Shown: one piece after another, positions 23,639 through 32,195 of the stretch | How positions within the stretch are numbered: the stretch's first letter is position 1 | Layout: each line of letters opens with the position of its first letter | IMG/VR virus record: IMGVR_UViG_3300027797_000002 | DNA: 42,064 nucleotides | Reading direction: 5' to 3' (one strand) | Origin: a virus | Position numbers and translations under genes: made by a program | The notes under the pieces: generated by a model | The model's database searches: none | Seen by the model: the letters and a program-made list of their open reading frames with translations, nothing else | Told to the model about the DNA's origin: nothing

Positions 23639-23926
23639 ATGTCCAAATTTCAGAAAGGAAACAATGCAAACCCGAAAGGTAGACCGATAGGGGCAATAGG
23701 TAAACTAAATAAAACGGTAAAAGAAACCGTATTAAACACATTTAACAAGCTACAAGAGGATAAAAGCCACAACCTCGAAGCATTTGCCCGTAAACATCCA
23801 AGGGAATTTTATCTAATTGCCTCGAAATTGATACCCACTGAAATGATAGGTAGCACCGAAACAATTATAAAGGTAACCATACCAGAGGAAAGGCAATTGG
23901 ATGAACAAAACACCATAAGAATTTAG
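23639..23926 (+). CDS. DUF5681-like protein; small terminase subunit candidate
   Basis: The N-terminal 'FQKGNNANPKGRPIG' matches the 'KG.SGNP.GRPKG' signature of DUF5681 proteins, which are often found next to terL. It forms its own promoter-terminator unit. Confidence 0.45.
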   Translation: MSKFQKGNNANPKGRPIGAIGKLNKTVKETVLNTFNKLQEDKSHNLEAFARKHPREFYLIASKLIPTEMIGSTETIIKVTIPEERQLDEQNTIRI

Positions 23927-23952
23927 CTAAATATATTAGTATTTAAAACTTT

Positions 23953-23977
23953 GCCCTAAATTTAGGGCATTTTTTTT
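23953..23977 (+). terminator. Rho-independent terminator
   Basis: 16-bp perfect palindrome gccctaaatttagggc followed by a-T8. Confidence 0.8.
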
Positions 23978-23990
23978 GGCCAATGCAAAG

Positions 23991-24091
23991 AAAAAAAACC
24001 TTTACGCCCTCGACAAAACAAGATAAAAAAACTATTATAAGCCTATATTGCAGTAAAAAACACCAAAAAAGCTAAAAAAACAGTAAAAAAA
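23991..24091. repeat. Phased A-tracts
   Basis: A4-A8 runs start at 23991, 24014, 24025, 24055, 24065, 24074 and 24085, mostly 9-11 bp apart or multiples of that. Confidence 0.6.
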
Positions 24092-24173
24092 TCCTGTTCA
24101 GAAATGCGGACACACGAGTTACAGAATACCCCCCAAAATGAGTTTTCCCCAAATTCCCTTTTTCATCTCCCTC

Positions 24174-24360
24174 AAATTTTTTTTTCTGCCCAAATTGGTT
24201 TGTTTAAGACCTTCTGTAATCATTTAGCACCTTGAGTGGTATAAGCACCTAACTTTTAGTTAAAGTGTCTTATATCGCTTTATTTTAAGTCAAATAAGAT
24301 TAAGGGCTACTTGAAATTTTTTTTTCTGTGAAAAAGGTCGTTCTGAAATTTTTTTTTCTC
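24174..24360. repeat. Three copies of (G/C)AAATTTTTTTTTCT (exact T9)
   Basis: Copies at 24174, 24314 and 24346. Copies 1 and 3 extend to '..CT(G/C)C(C/T)AAA(A)TTGG(T/G)TTTG'. Confidence 0.8.
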
Positions 24361-24584
24361 CTAAAATTGGGTTTTGTCTTATAGGTGGAAATAGCATAAG
24401 GCAATAATGATAAGTGTTGTATGGATATAAATGTCCAGTCTTTTAACGAATAAACTGGACAAATAGGGTGTACCCCCTAAATGCCCCATCATGATTTGTA
24501 CGGTTTTGTGTACATACATAAAAGCATACTTTGTAGCTCAAAAGTGAGCCTTATTGATACGCATTTATCCAAATAATGAGCTTC

Positions 24585-24617
24585 AAGTGCATGAAACTTT
24601 ACTAAAACTTCATTCAA
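24585..24617 (+). promoter_or_regulatory. 33-bp element AAGTGCATGAAACTTTACTAAAACTTCATTCAA (copy B)
   Basis: 30/33 identical to 18451-18483. No ORF follows here. Confidence 0.5.
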
Positions 24618-24636
24618 TAATTCCCAAATTGGGAAC

Positions 24637-24740
24637 TTTAGTAAATTTAGTAAAACTTTAGTAAAAGTTTAGTAGGGTTTTAGTAGGGTTGCTTACGGGT
24701 TTTGTAAGGGTTTAGTATTACTAACGCAAAAGGTTAGTAA
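24637..24740. repeat. Degenerate 11-bp phased array (TTTAGTARRRN), about 8-9 units
   Basis: TTTAGTA or variant units start at 24637, 24646, 24657, 24668, 24679, (24690), 24701, 24711 and 24733. Confidence 0.8.
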
Positions 24741-24931
24741 GGATATAGGATGACCGAATTGACACTTAATATATAAAGTCAAAAAGGACACTCTTAAATG
24801 TTGGGGACTTCTTGGGGAATGTTAGGTACTTTTCCCCTCTATACGATTTAGGATTATTTTGGATGTCCAAAATCTTCCAAAATTTTTCTCTTTTAGTTGT
24901 TTGTTATAGTAATTTGTAGTAATATTGCATT

Positions 24932-26332
24932 ATGGCAGAATTAAGCGTTGAATTTCCCAGAGTTAGCCAGATGGTTAATAAGAAGTTTGAGGACATTTGG
25001 TATAACGAGGATAGATACTTGTTACTTTATGGTTCAAGGGGTTCATCCAAGTCTAACTTTGCTGCTAAGAAAAAAGTATTTCAATGTTTGACCTTCCCTT
25101 ACTTTAGGGATATTATGATTCGTGAGAGTTATAACACGATTAAGGATAGTCAGTTCCAAACCATTAAGGATATTATCTACGAATGGGGATTAGAAAGCCT
25201 TTTCCACTTTAAAGAGAACCCTTTAGAAATTCATTGTAAGAATGGTAATATCTTTTATGCTCGTGGTTGCGATGATGTAGATAAAATCAAGTCTATCAAA
25301 GACCCTTCTGGTGCTTGGTACGAAGAAGCAAACAATATCTCTCAAGAGGACTTCTTAACCATCACTACTTCTATTAGAACATCTAAAGCTCCGTATCTTC
25401 AAGAGGTAATGACACTTAACCCAGAGTGCAAAGGAGATTATCACGACTTTTGGGTTTATAAGATGTTTTTTGACCCTTTAGAAGGCAAAATGGAAGGCAG
25501 AGGAAGTTTAGACATACAATTAAGCGAGTTTGAAACATTAAGGACACCTTATACGGTTCATCACTCTACTTATAAAGATAATCGCCATGTAGGTAAAGCA
25601 TTTATGGCTCAATTAGAGCAATTAGCAAATATTGACCCTTATTATTATCAAGTTTATGCTTTAGGGCAATGGGGAGAGAAGAAAGCTCAAAATCCTTTCT
25701 TTAGTGCTTACGATAAAAACAAGCATACTAACGATGAGCCTAAATACGATTATAGAAAACCACTTTACATATCTATTGACTTTAACTTAAATCCTTTCTC
25801 GGTTTCTTTCTATCATCTTTGGAGAGATAGCTTTGGAGAACACTTACATTGCTTTGATGAGATGGAGATTTATGGTGGTTCAATACCAGAACTTGCCGAT
25901 AGAATCAATCAAAAGTACGGTAGAAGCTTACCGATGTGTAAAATAACTGGGGATGCTATGGGTAACAGAGGGGATATATCTCAAAGAGATAATGCTTCGC
26001 TTTACTTACAGCTTGTCAGACTTTTGAAAGGAGTTAGAGTTACCCAACTTTATACACCAGCTAATCCTACTCACGAAAACAGTAGAGCAGATTGTAATTA
26101 CTTTCTTTATCACTTTGATGACTTTAAGGTTAGTACGGTAAGTTGTAAGGGTATGATTCGAGATTTAGCTAATATGCAAGTTGATTCATTTAACTCAATT
26201 ATTAAGAAGAATCGTAAGGATGTGAACCAAAGAGCCGATTTTGGGGATAACTTTAGATATATGGTAAATACCTTTATGTTTGACTGGATTAAAAGACATT
26301 CAAAAGGAAGTAGTAGGATATATAAAAAATAA
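24932..26332 (+). CDS. terL: Terminase large subunit
   Basis: 466 aa. Walker-A-like 'LLLYGSRGSSKS', 'GAWYEEAN' (Walker B/coupling), and overall terminase_3/PBSX-like layout. Confidence 0.9.
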   Translation: MAELSVEFPRVSQMVNKKFEDIWYNEDRYLLLYGSRGSSKSNFAAKKKVFQCLTFPYFRDIMIRESYNTIKDSQFQTIKDIIYEWGLESLFHFKENPLEIHCKNGNIFYARGCDDVDKIKSIKDPSGAWYEEANNISQEDFLTITTSIRTSKAPYLQEVMTLNPECKGDYHDFWVYKMFFDPLEGKMEGRGSLDIQLSEFETLRTPYTVHHSTYKDNRHVGKAFMAQLEQLANIDPYYYQVYALGQWGEKKAQNPFFSAYDKNKHTNDEPKYDYRKPLYISIDFNLNPFSVSFYHLWRDSFGEHLHCFDEMEIYGGSIPELADRINQKYGRSLPMCKITGDAMGNRGDISQRDNASLYLQLVRLLKGVRVTQLYTPANPTHENSRADCNYFLYHFDDFKVSTVSCKGMIRDLANMQVDSFNSIIKKNRKDVNQRADFGDNFRYMVNTFMFDWIKRHSKGSSRIYKK

Positions 26333-26333
26333 T

Positions 26334-26341
26334 TATCTTTG
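26334..26341 (+). promoter_or_regulatory. -7-type box TATCTTTG
   Basis: Matches TAnnTTTG, but ends only 4 nt before ATG 26346, so the role is uncertain. Confidence 0.25.
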
Positions 26342-26345
26342 TAGT

Positions 26346-26714
26346 ATGGAATGTATAAATTGCACAAGAACAAAACCAGTATTAAGCTGTGTAACTAATT
26401 TAAGAATTGGTACTTTAGCTAACTCAACTGCGTATTATGTTTATTTTAGAAATAGCTCAAGTGGTAAATTCAATAGATTAAGTTCAACTACAAATGGTAG
26501 TGGCTTATTAACGGCTGTACTTGATTTTGACCCATTAGCTAACTCTCAGTACGAAGTATGGGTAACTTTACAAACTGCCGAAGATATAGAAGCTAAAGAA
26601 GCCATTAATATTGGTACTATTGAAGCTACTTGTCTTTTTATGCAATTCCAAAGAGTTTACAATAGTGCAAACACTTCAATAACTGCAACTAATCAAACAT
26701 TAGCCTTAGCATAA
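26346..26714 (+). CDS. Hypothetical beta-rich structural-module protein
   Basis: ATG 26346 preferred, because the track start 26280 overlaps terL. Confidence 0.55.
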   Translation: MECINCTRTKPVLSCVTNLRIGTLANSTAYYVYFRNSSSGKFNRLSSTTNGSGLLTAVLDFDPLANSQYEVWVTLQTAEDIEAKEAINIGTIEATCLFMQFQRVYNSANTSITATNQTLALA

Positions 26715-27196
26715 TGATTTACATATCTGTGATTATATCACTTGTAACTTGCTCAATAGCGATTATGAGTGATTACAAAGTAGGAGAGACTAAAAGGTTT
26801 CAGATGCTCTTATATTGGCTTAAAAAGCCTATCATTGACTTTAGAGAACGAATAGAACACATCTCTACTTTAAAGAAAAGAGATGCAAGAGAATATTATT
26901 CAAATGCTATCAATTCTTTACAAGATAACGATGTAAGAAACTCTAAAGTAAAATATTATATGGACTTACAAGATAAAAAGCTTGAAGAAATTGAATCTTG
27001 GAAAGAGCGTAAGCTTAATTATGAGTTTTACCTTAAACCAATCATTCTTTGTGTTTATTGTATGCCTTCTTTCTGGGGTTCTATTATTTATGTGAGCTTA
27101 AACGGATTTACCAATCCAGTAGAGTGGATTTTGTGTTGCACTATGAGTGTATTCATAAACGCTTTTATCTGGGACTTATATACTAAACTAAACTAA
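26714..27196 (+). CDS. Membrane protein (3 predicted TM)
   Basis: 160-aa ORF, ATAATG-coupled. Hydrophobic N-terminus and two C-terminal helices. Confidence 0.55.
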   Translation: MIYISVIISLVTCSIAIMSDYKVGETKRFQMLLYWLKKPIIDFRERIEHISTLKKRDAREYYSNAINSLQDNDVRNSKVKYYMDLQDKKLEEIESWKERKLNYEFYLKPIILCVYCMPSFWGSIIYVSLNGFTNPVEWILCCTMSVFINAFIWDLYTKLN

Positions 27197-27197
27197 A

Positions 27198-27860
27198 ATG
27201 ATTATTGCCAAAAACTTACAATCAGTTTACAAAAACAACAAAGAAGAACTTTTAAAGCTTATAGCCAAAGACCAAAACAAACCAATGGGGTTTGATGAGT
27301 TAGAATACTCGTTTGTGGACTTACAAGGCAAGAAATACTATTCATTTCCAGAAGCAACTGCTTTGCCTATCGAAAGATTGGCTAAAATGGAAGAATATAA
27401 GGTTTATATGTCAAGCGGACTTCACGCTGATATGGTTACAGAGATAACAGAGTATATGGAATCTATCTTAGGAAAGATTGTAAACTCTGGGCTTGACAAC
27501 GAAGTAAAAAAGAACTCCTCTAAGAATATTGGAGATTTAGGAATGTTGATTAGAGAGTTAAAAGAAAGACAAAAGACTTTTATCCCTATTGAGATATATT
27601 ATGCGTTCTTAGCTATCCAATTAGTTAGAGAGGATGAGAACCCACATATTTATAACAATAGCGTTCACAACTCTAAAATAGCTGCCTTGATAGACTTGAA
27701 TGAAATGAATGGTGGATTTTTTTTTGGCCAAAGGGAATCGAAACAGCTTCAAAGCTGGTTGAATATGTTAGAACCAGAATGGAGCGAGTATTGGGAGAAC
27801 TCAATGGTGTTCCACAAAATAAGAACAAAAGCATTAGAAACTTATTTATTAACCAAGTAG
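27198..27860 (+). CDS. Tail assembly chaperone, G-like (zero-frame product)
   Basis: 220 aa. Lies upstream of the tape measure gene and contains an in-frame T9 slippery run. Confidence 0.6.
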   Translation: MIIAKNLQSVYKNNKEELLKLIAKDQNKPMGFDELEYSFVDLQGKKYYSFPEATALPIERLAKMEEYKVYMSSGLHADMVTEITEYMESILGKIVNSGLDNEVKKNSSKNIGDLGMLIRELKERQKTFIPIEIYYAFLAIQLVREDENPHIYNNSVHNSKIAALIDLNEMNGGFFFGQRESKQLQSWLNMLEPEWSEYWENSMVFHKIRTKALETYLLTK

Positions 27861-28009
27861 TCATTGCTATGCGTGATGACAGAGAGCAGCTTCTAATGCG
27901 ACTTTCTGATGGAGATAAAGTGCAGTATGATTCCTTAAAGAAGGCCAATGTAAGGGAATTTTTGAATAAATTTACTATATTTGTAGATGAGTTGAAAGTG
28001 CCAAAGTAA
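27198..28009 (+). CDS. Tail assembly chaperone, GT-like fusion via -1 frameshift at 27719-27725
   Basis: The -1 frame opens right after a TGA at 27701-27703. It stays open through the T9 run to stop 28007-28009 and includes track ORF 27779-28009. The predicted fusion is about 270 aa. Confidence 0.55.
27717..27725 (+). promoter_or_regulatory. Slippery T9 run (T_TTT_TTT heptamer) for programmed -1 frameshifting
   Basis: Zero-frame codons are ttt ttt ttt (FFF, aa 174-176). The X_XXY_YYZ pattern is satisfied. Confidence 0.6.
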
Positions 28010-28047
28010 CAAGGCAAATAATGAGTTACCTTTAATAAGATACCATT

Positions 28048-30405
28048 ATGGCACAAGTAATAGAAACCGTATTTTCAATCAGAACCGAGGAAAGCGTAGC
28101 TAACCTTAATGAAGTTGTTAATTCTTTAGGCAGAACAGAACAAGCTGCAAAAAAGACAACAAAGTCAATTTCTGATGAAGTAGCTAAAATTCCAGCAGCA
28201 ACTAAAAGAGCAGCTTCTGGATTTAATGGTTTAGCAAACTCAATCAATCAAGTTTCAAGGGAATTACCAGCATTTGCATTTTCAGCTCAAACTGGATTCT
28301 TAGCCGTATCAAACAACATCCCTATTTTAATTGATGAGATTAATAATCTTAGAAAAGCTAACGCTGCACTTGCTGCTGAAGGTAAAGCTACTGTACCAGT
28401 ATTTCAAGCTTTAGCTACTGGAATATTTTCTTGGCAAACTGCAATGTCATTAGCTATTTCATTTTCAGTTCTTTATGCTAAAGAAATAAGTAATTTATTT
28501 ACAGAATTAATGAAAGGTAAAATAGGCTTTGATGCAGCAGCAGAAAGTATAAAATTATATTATCAAGCATTTAAAGGTAATGAAGTCCAAACTGCTATAA
28601 CTGATATAGAAAGATTAAAAATAGATGTAGATTTAGCAAAAGAAGGGTTTTTAAGTAAAAAGGCTGTTCTAACTCAATATAATGAAACAGTAGGTAAGAC
28701 TACTGGTAAGTTAAAGAGTTTAGCTGAAGTTGAAGATTTTTTAGTTAAAGGTGGAGATGCTTATATTAAAATGACTTTATATAAGGCTGCTGCTAACCTT
28801 GCATTAGAAGAAGCTGCAAAATCTGCTTATGAAGCTCAAATTGAAGCATCTACATCATTAGATGTTGCATTTATTGAAGCAAAATATGCAGAATCTTTAA
28901 GAATCGTAAGAGCAAATATAAAGGACAAAAAAGAATTAGCTAAAGAAGAAGCTGACATAGAAAGACTTAAACAAGCAGAAATAAATAAATTTATTGATAA
29001 GGCTGGGTTTGATTCTACAACTAAACAAAAAGAACAAATAGATATAGCTAAGAAGTTTATGGCTGATGCTGCTAAAATATCAAAAGAATTTGGTTTTAGC
29101 TTTTTTGATAATAAAGCGGATAAAGAAAAAGTAAAGACTGCTGAACAATTATTACAAGAGGCATTAGATGCAGAATTAAATGCAGCAGAAGCTACTTATG
29201 TTAATATATTAGAAACAAAAGTTAGAACAGATAAAGAAAAAGAAGCAGCAGATTTAGATTATTTGGATGTACAAATAGCTATACTTCAAAGATATGCAGA
29301 TATTAATAAAAAATATATTGATGATTATTTGAATCTTAGAAAACAAAAAGCACAAGAAGAAATAAAAATAAATCAAGCTGCTTTAGCTCAAGAAGCTAAA
29401 GATGACAAGCAGTTTATAGAAGATACTGTTGCCAATGAAATGATTTCTATAACTGATAAATATACTGCAATTAGAGGAGGTCGAGAAAAATCAAGATTAG
29501 AAATGTTAAAAATAGATTTACTTGAAATACAAGACAAAATAGATTATTATGAAAGAATAAAATTACTTGATGAAAAGTATGTTGGGGTAATAACTAAATT
29601 AAAGAAAGAAGAAGAAAAAATAAAAACTGGTATTGCTAATGAAGGCATTAAAGAAAGAAGCGAATTAGAGAAACAATTATTAAATAAAGGGTTAGAAATG
29701 ACCTCAAGTATATCAAATCAAGCTTTTGATTTAAAGTCTAATCAGTTAAAAGCTGAAACAGACTTAGAGGTAAAGAATCTTGAGGAAATGAGAGATAAGA
29801 AACTTATAACTGAAGAACAATTTAAAACTAAAAGTGCTGAAATTAAAAATGAAGCTGCAAGAAAACAAAGAGAATACGATTTAGCTCAAATTCAAGTAAA
29901 TACAGCTTTAGCTATTATTAAAGCATTGGCAACCGCACCTACAATTTTAGCTGGTGTTGCTCTTGCATCATTAGCATTAATAGAAGGTGGTATTCAATAT
30001 GCTTTTGCTTCATCTCAACCATTACCACAATTTGCTAAGGGTACAGAGAGAGTTACTGGTGGTGTTGCTGGTAAGGATAGTGTACACGCATTGTTAATGC
30101 CTAATGAAGCAGTTATACCAGCAAAGGCTAATATGGAAAGACAAGGACTTGCAAAGGCTTGGATTAGTGGGGATTTAGATAAGCACTTAGCTATGAACTA
30201 TATTAACCCAGCTATTAACGAGGTTAATCGTAAATGGGAAACATCATTAAAGCTAAATCAGCAAAGCACATTTATTAGAAATGATAATTTTAGTGATAAG
30301 AAGATTGTAGGAGAATTAGTTAAATCTAATAGATTAAATAGAGTATTAATAAATTCATTATCAGAAGGAAAGACTGCAAGAAGAAATAAAAGAATATGGA
30401 ATTAA
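28048..30405 (+). CDS. Tail tape measure protein
   Basis: 785 aa with a long A/K/E-rich coiled coil and a hydrophobic block ALAIIKALATAPTILAGVALASLALIEGG. 'GGVAGKDSVHALLMPNEAVIP' motif. Preceded by the frameshifted chaperone pair. Confidence 0.75.
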   Translation: MAQVIETVFSIRTEESVANLNEVVNSLGRTEQAAKKTTKSISDEVAKIPAATKRAASGFNGLANSINQVSRELPAFAFSAQTGFLAVSNNIPILIDEINNLRKANAALAAEGKATVPVFQALATGIFSWQTAMSLAISFSVLYAKEISNLFTELMKGKIGFDAAAESIKLYYQAFKGNEVQTAITDIERLKIDVDLAKEGFLSKKAVLTQYNETVGKTTGKLKSLAEVEDFLVKGGDAYIKMTLYKAAANLALEEAAKSAYEAQIEASTSLDVAFIEAKYAESLRIVRANIKDKKELAKEEADIERLKQAEINKFIDKAGFDSTTKQKEQIDIAKKFMADAAKISKEFGFSFFDNKADKEKVKTAEQLLQEALDAELNAAEATYVNILETKVRTDKEKEAADLDYLDVQIAILQRYADINKKYIDDYLNLRKQKAQEEIKINQAALAQEAKDDKQFIEDTVANEMISITDKYTAIRGGREKSRLEMLKIDLLEIQDKIDYYERIKLLDEKYVGVITKLKKEEEKIKTGIANEGIKERSELEKQLLNKGLEMTSSISNQAFDLKSNQLKAETDLEVKNLEEMRDKKLITEEQFKTKSAEIKNEAARKQREYDLAQIQVNTALAIIKALATAPTILAGVALASLALIEGGIQYAFASSQPLPQFAKGTERVTGGVAGKDSVHALLMPNEAVIPAKANMERQGLAKAWISGDLDKHLAMNYINPAINEVNRKWETSLKLNQQSTFIRNDNFSDKKIVGELVKSNRLNRVLINSLSEGKTARRNKRIWN

Positions 30406-32195
30406 AAACATATAGGGTTTACTTAAATGGAGTTTTATTAATTAATACTCCAAATGGATTAGATACATTCTTGCAAGAGTTTATAAGGGATAATAATTTA
30501 TTTGGTATATATTCAGTAAGTTCTTTTGACTTACAATTTATTGGGGATGGATTTTGTATTCTTAGGGATTTCCAAGAAAACTTTGATTCTTGCCAAATGA
30601 CTATCAAAATAGATAGATATTGTAATAACTCTTGGAGTACATTATATAATGGAATAATTGAAGTTGGCTCTGTTGAAATTGATGAAGAATTTTCAATAGC
30701 TACTTGTGAGATACAAGATAATAGCCCTTTAAGCTTAATATCAAGAAACTCTGAAGTTGATATTGACATAGAAACAGAACAAGATATATTTGGTGGAGAT
30801 ATGCCAGTAGCACCAATTACTACTGGTTTAACATTATATTCTCCAAATGGAGTTTTATCTTATGCTGGAGTAAAGTATATAAAGTGGGATGATTTAATCA
30901 AAACAGTATTAAGAGGTATAACTGGAGTTCCAATTAATGTTACAAGTACATTTTTTGGTACTACTCCTACTGATAGCCAATGGACTATTACCTATACTGG
31001 TAATATGGCATCTATTATTAGTACAACAATTAGATATAGGAATTTTCAAGGGATAGAAGTTTTAAGAGTAGCAAATCAATATACTGGAAACAATCACTTT
31101 ACTAATGTTAGAGCTGAATTATTATCTGGCGATACATTAATGGGTGTTCCTCCTTATACTGATGCTGAAGTAACATACATAGGACAATATGTATTAGATT
31201 ATAGAGATTTTACATTTACATCACAAAACAATGCAACTAAAACAATTACATTAAATTGTTCTTTGCCTATTGAAATATTGGATGTACAAATAGTTTCAGC
31301 AGACCCAAGTGCTACTGTAACATTTGCTCAAGTATCTGATTATTCAGATGGTGGTAATGAGCCAATATTTATGAACTATAAAATGATAGCAGTACAACCA
31401 TCTCCATATCAATTTAGATTATCATTTAAGAGTTTAATGGAAGAACTGAATAAAAACTATAATGTTTATTTTTTAGCTTCTTATAACACTCAAGGTGGAA
31501 TTGATTTAAGGATAGAAGATTATCAATATTTTGCAAGTGTATCTCCAAATATAACATTAGATAATGTTAAAAACTTAAAGATTTCATTTGATAATGATTC
31601 TACAAATAATGCTATATCTACTGGAGAGCCAAGCGATACAACAATGGCAACAAAACAATATACATTTGGCTCTGATTTTTGTGGGTTAGGAGATAATTTT
31701 GATGCTAAAAGTTCATTTGTTATAGGTACAAATAGAATATGGAATGATGTTCAATTAGCTTATGATGCTGATTATGAACAAAACATTTATATGATTGAAA
31801 ATTTAGGAATAAGAGAAATAGTACAAGTAGTTGAAGATAGGTCATTTAATATAGCTGATATTTATAGTATGTATTTATACAATCAATATTTATCTAATTA
31901 CCATAAAATTTACAGACATCTAAATAAGTTTAAAAATAATATAGTTGGTACAGTACCAGTTTGGAGGCAAGATTCAAACATAAATGTTACCAATATAGCT
32001 CAAAATAGATTATTTAAAAGATATGAATTTAGTACATTTATAAGTGAAGCTACATTTAATTCACTAATAGATAGCGTAGTAGATAAAGTAAGATTCAAAA
32101 AAGAAAATGATACAGCTTATAGGACTGGATTAATTACAGCCTTAAAATACAATAACTTAACTGGTAAAGCAGAAATAACAACTTTAGGAGAATGA
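30396..32195 (+). CDS. Distal tail/baseplate protein candidate
   Basis: 599 aa. Overlaps the tape measure stop by 10 nt. Position-based call. Confidence 0.4.
   Translation: MELKTYRVYLNGVLLINTPNGLDTFLQEFIRDNNLFGIYSVSSFDLQFIGDGFCILRDFQENFDSCQMTIKIDRYCNNSWSTLYNGIIEVGSVEIDEEFSIATCEIQDNSPLSLISRNSEVDIDIETEQDIFGGDMPVAPITTGLTLYSPNGVLSYAGVKYIKWDDLIKTVLRGITGVPINVTSTFFGTTPTDSQWTITYTGNMASIISTTIRYRNFQGIEVLRVANQYTGNNHFTNVRAELLSGDTLMGVPPYTDAEVTYIGQYVLDYRDFTFTSQNNATKTITLNCSLPIEILDVQIVSADPSATVTFAQVSDYSDGGNEPIFMNYKMIAVQPSPYQFRLSFKSLMEELNKNYNVYFLASYNTQGGIDLRIEDYQYFASVSPNITLDNVKNLKISFDNDSTNNAISTGEPSDTTMATKQYTFGSDFCGLGDNFDAKSSFVIGTNRIWNDVQLAYDADYEQNIYMIENLGIREIVQVVEDRSFNIADIYSMYLYNQYLSNYHKIYRHLNKFKNNIVGTVPVWRQDSNINVTNIAQNRLFKRYEFSTFISEATFNSLIDSVVDKVRFKKENDTAYRTGLITALKYNNLTGKAEITTLGE

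Noticed and set aside
24565-24573. DnaA-box-like TTATCCAAA (also ATATCCAAA near 20487)
   Set aside because: These are single copies with a mismatch at a key position of TTATCCACA, which is easily expected by chance in AT-rich DNA. Not enough to call an origin.
24637-24740. Possible CRISPR array
   Set aside because: The units are 11 bp, degenerate and contiguous, with no spacers. This is not CRISPR architecture.
27673-28056. 127-aa minus-strand ORF, together with 28032-28247 (-)
   Set aside because: They are antisense to the chaperone/GT frames and the tape measure start. Shadow ORFs.
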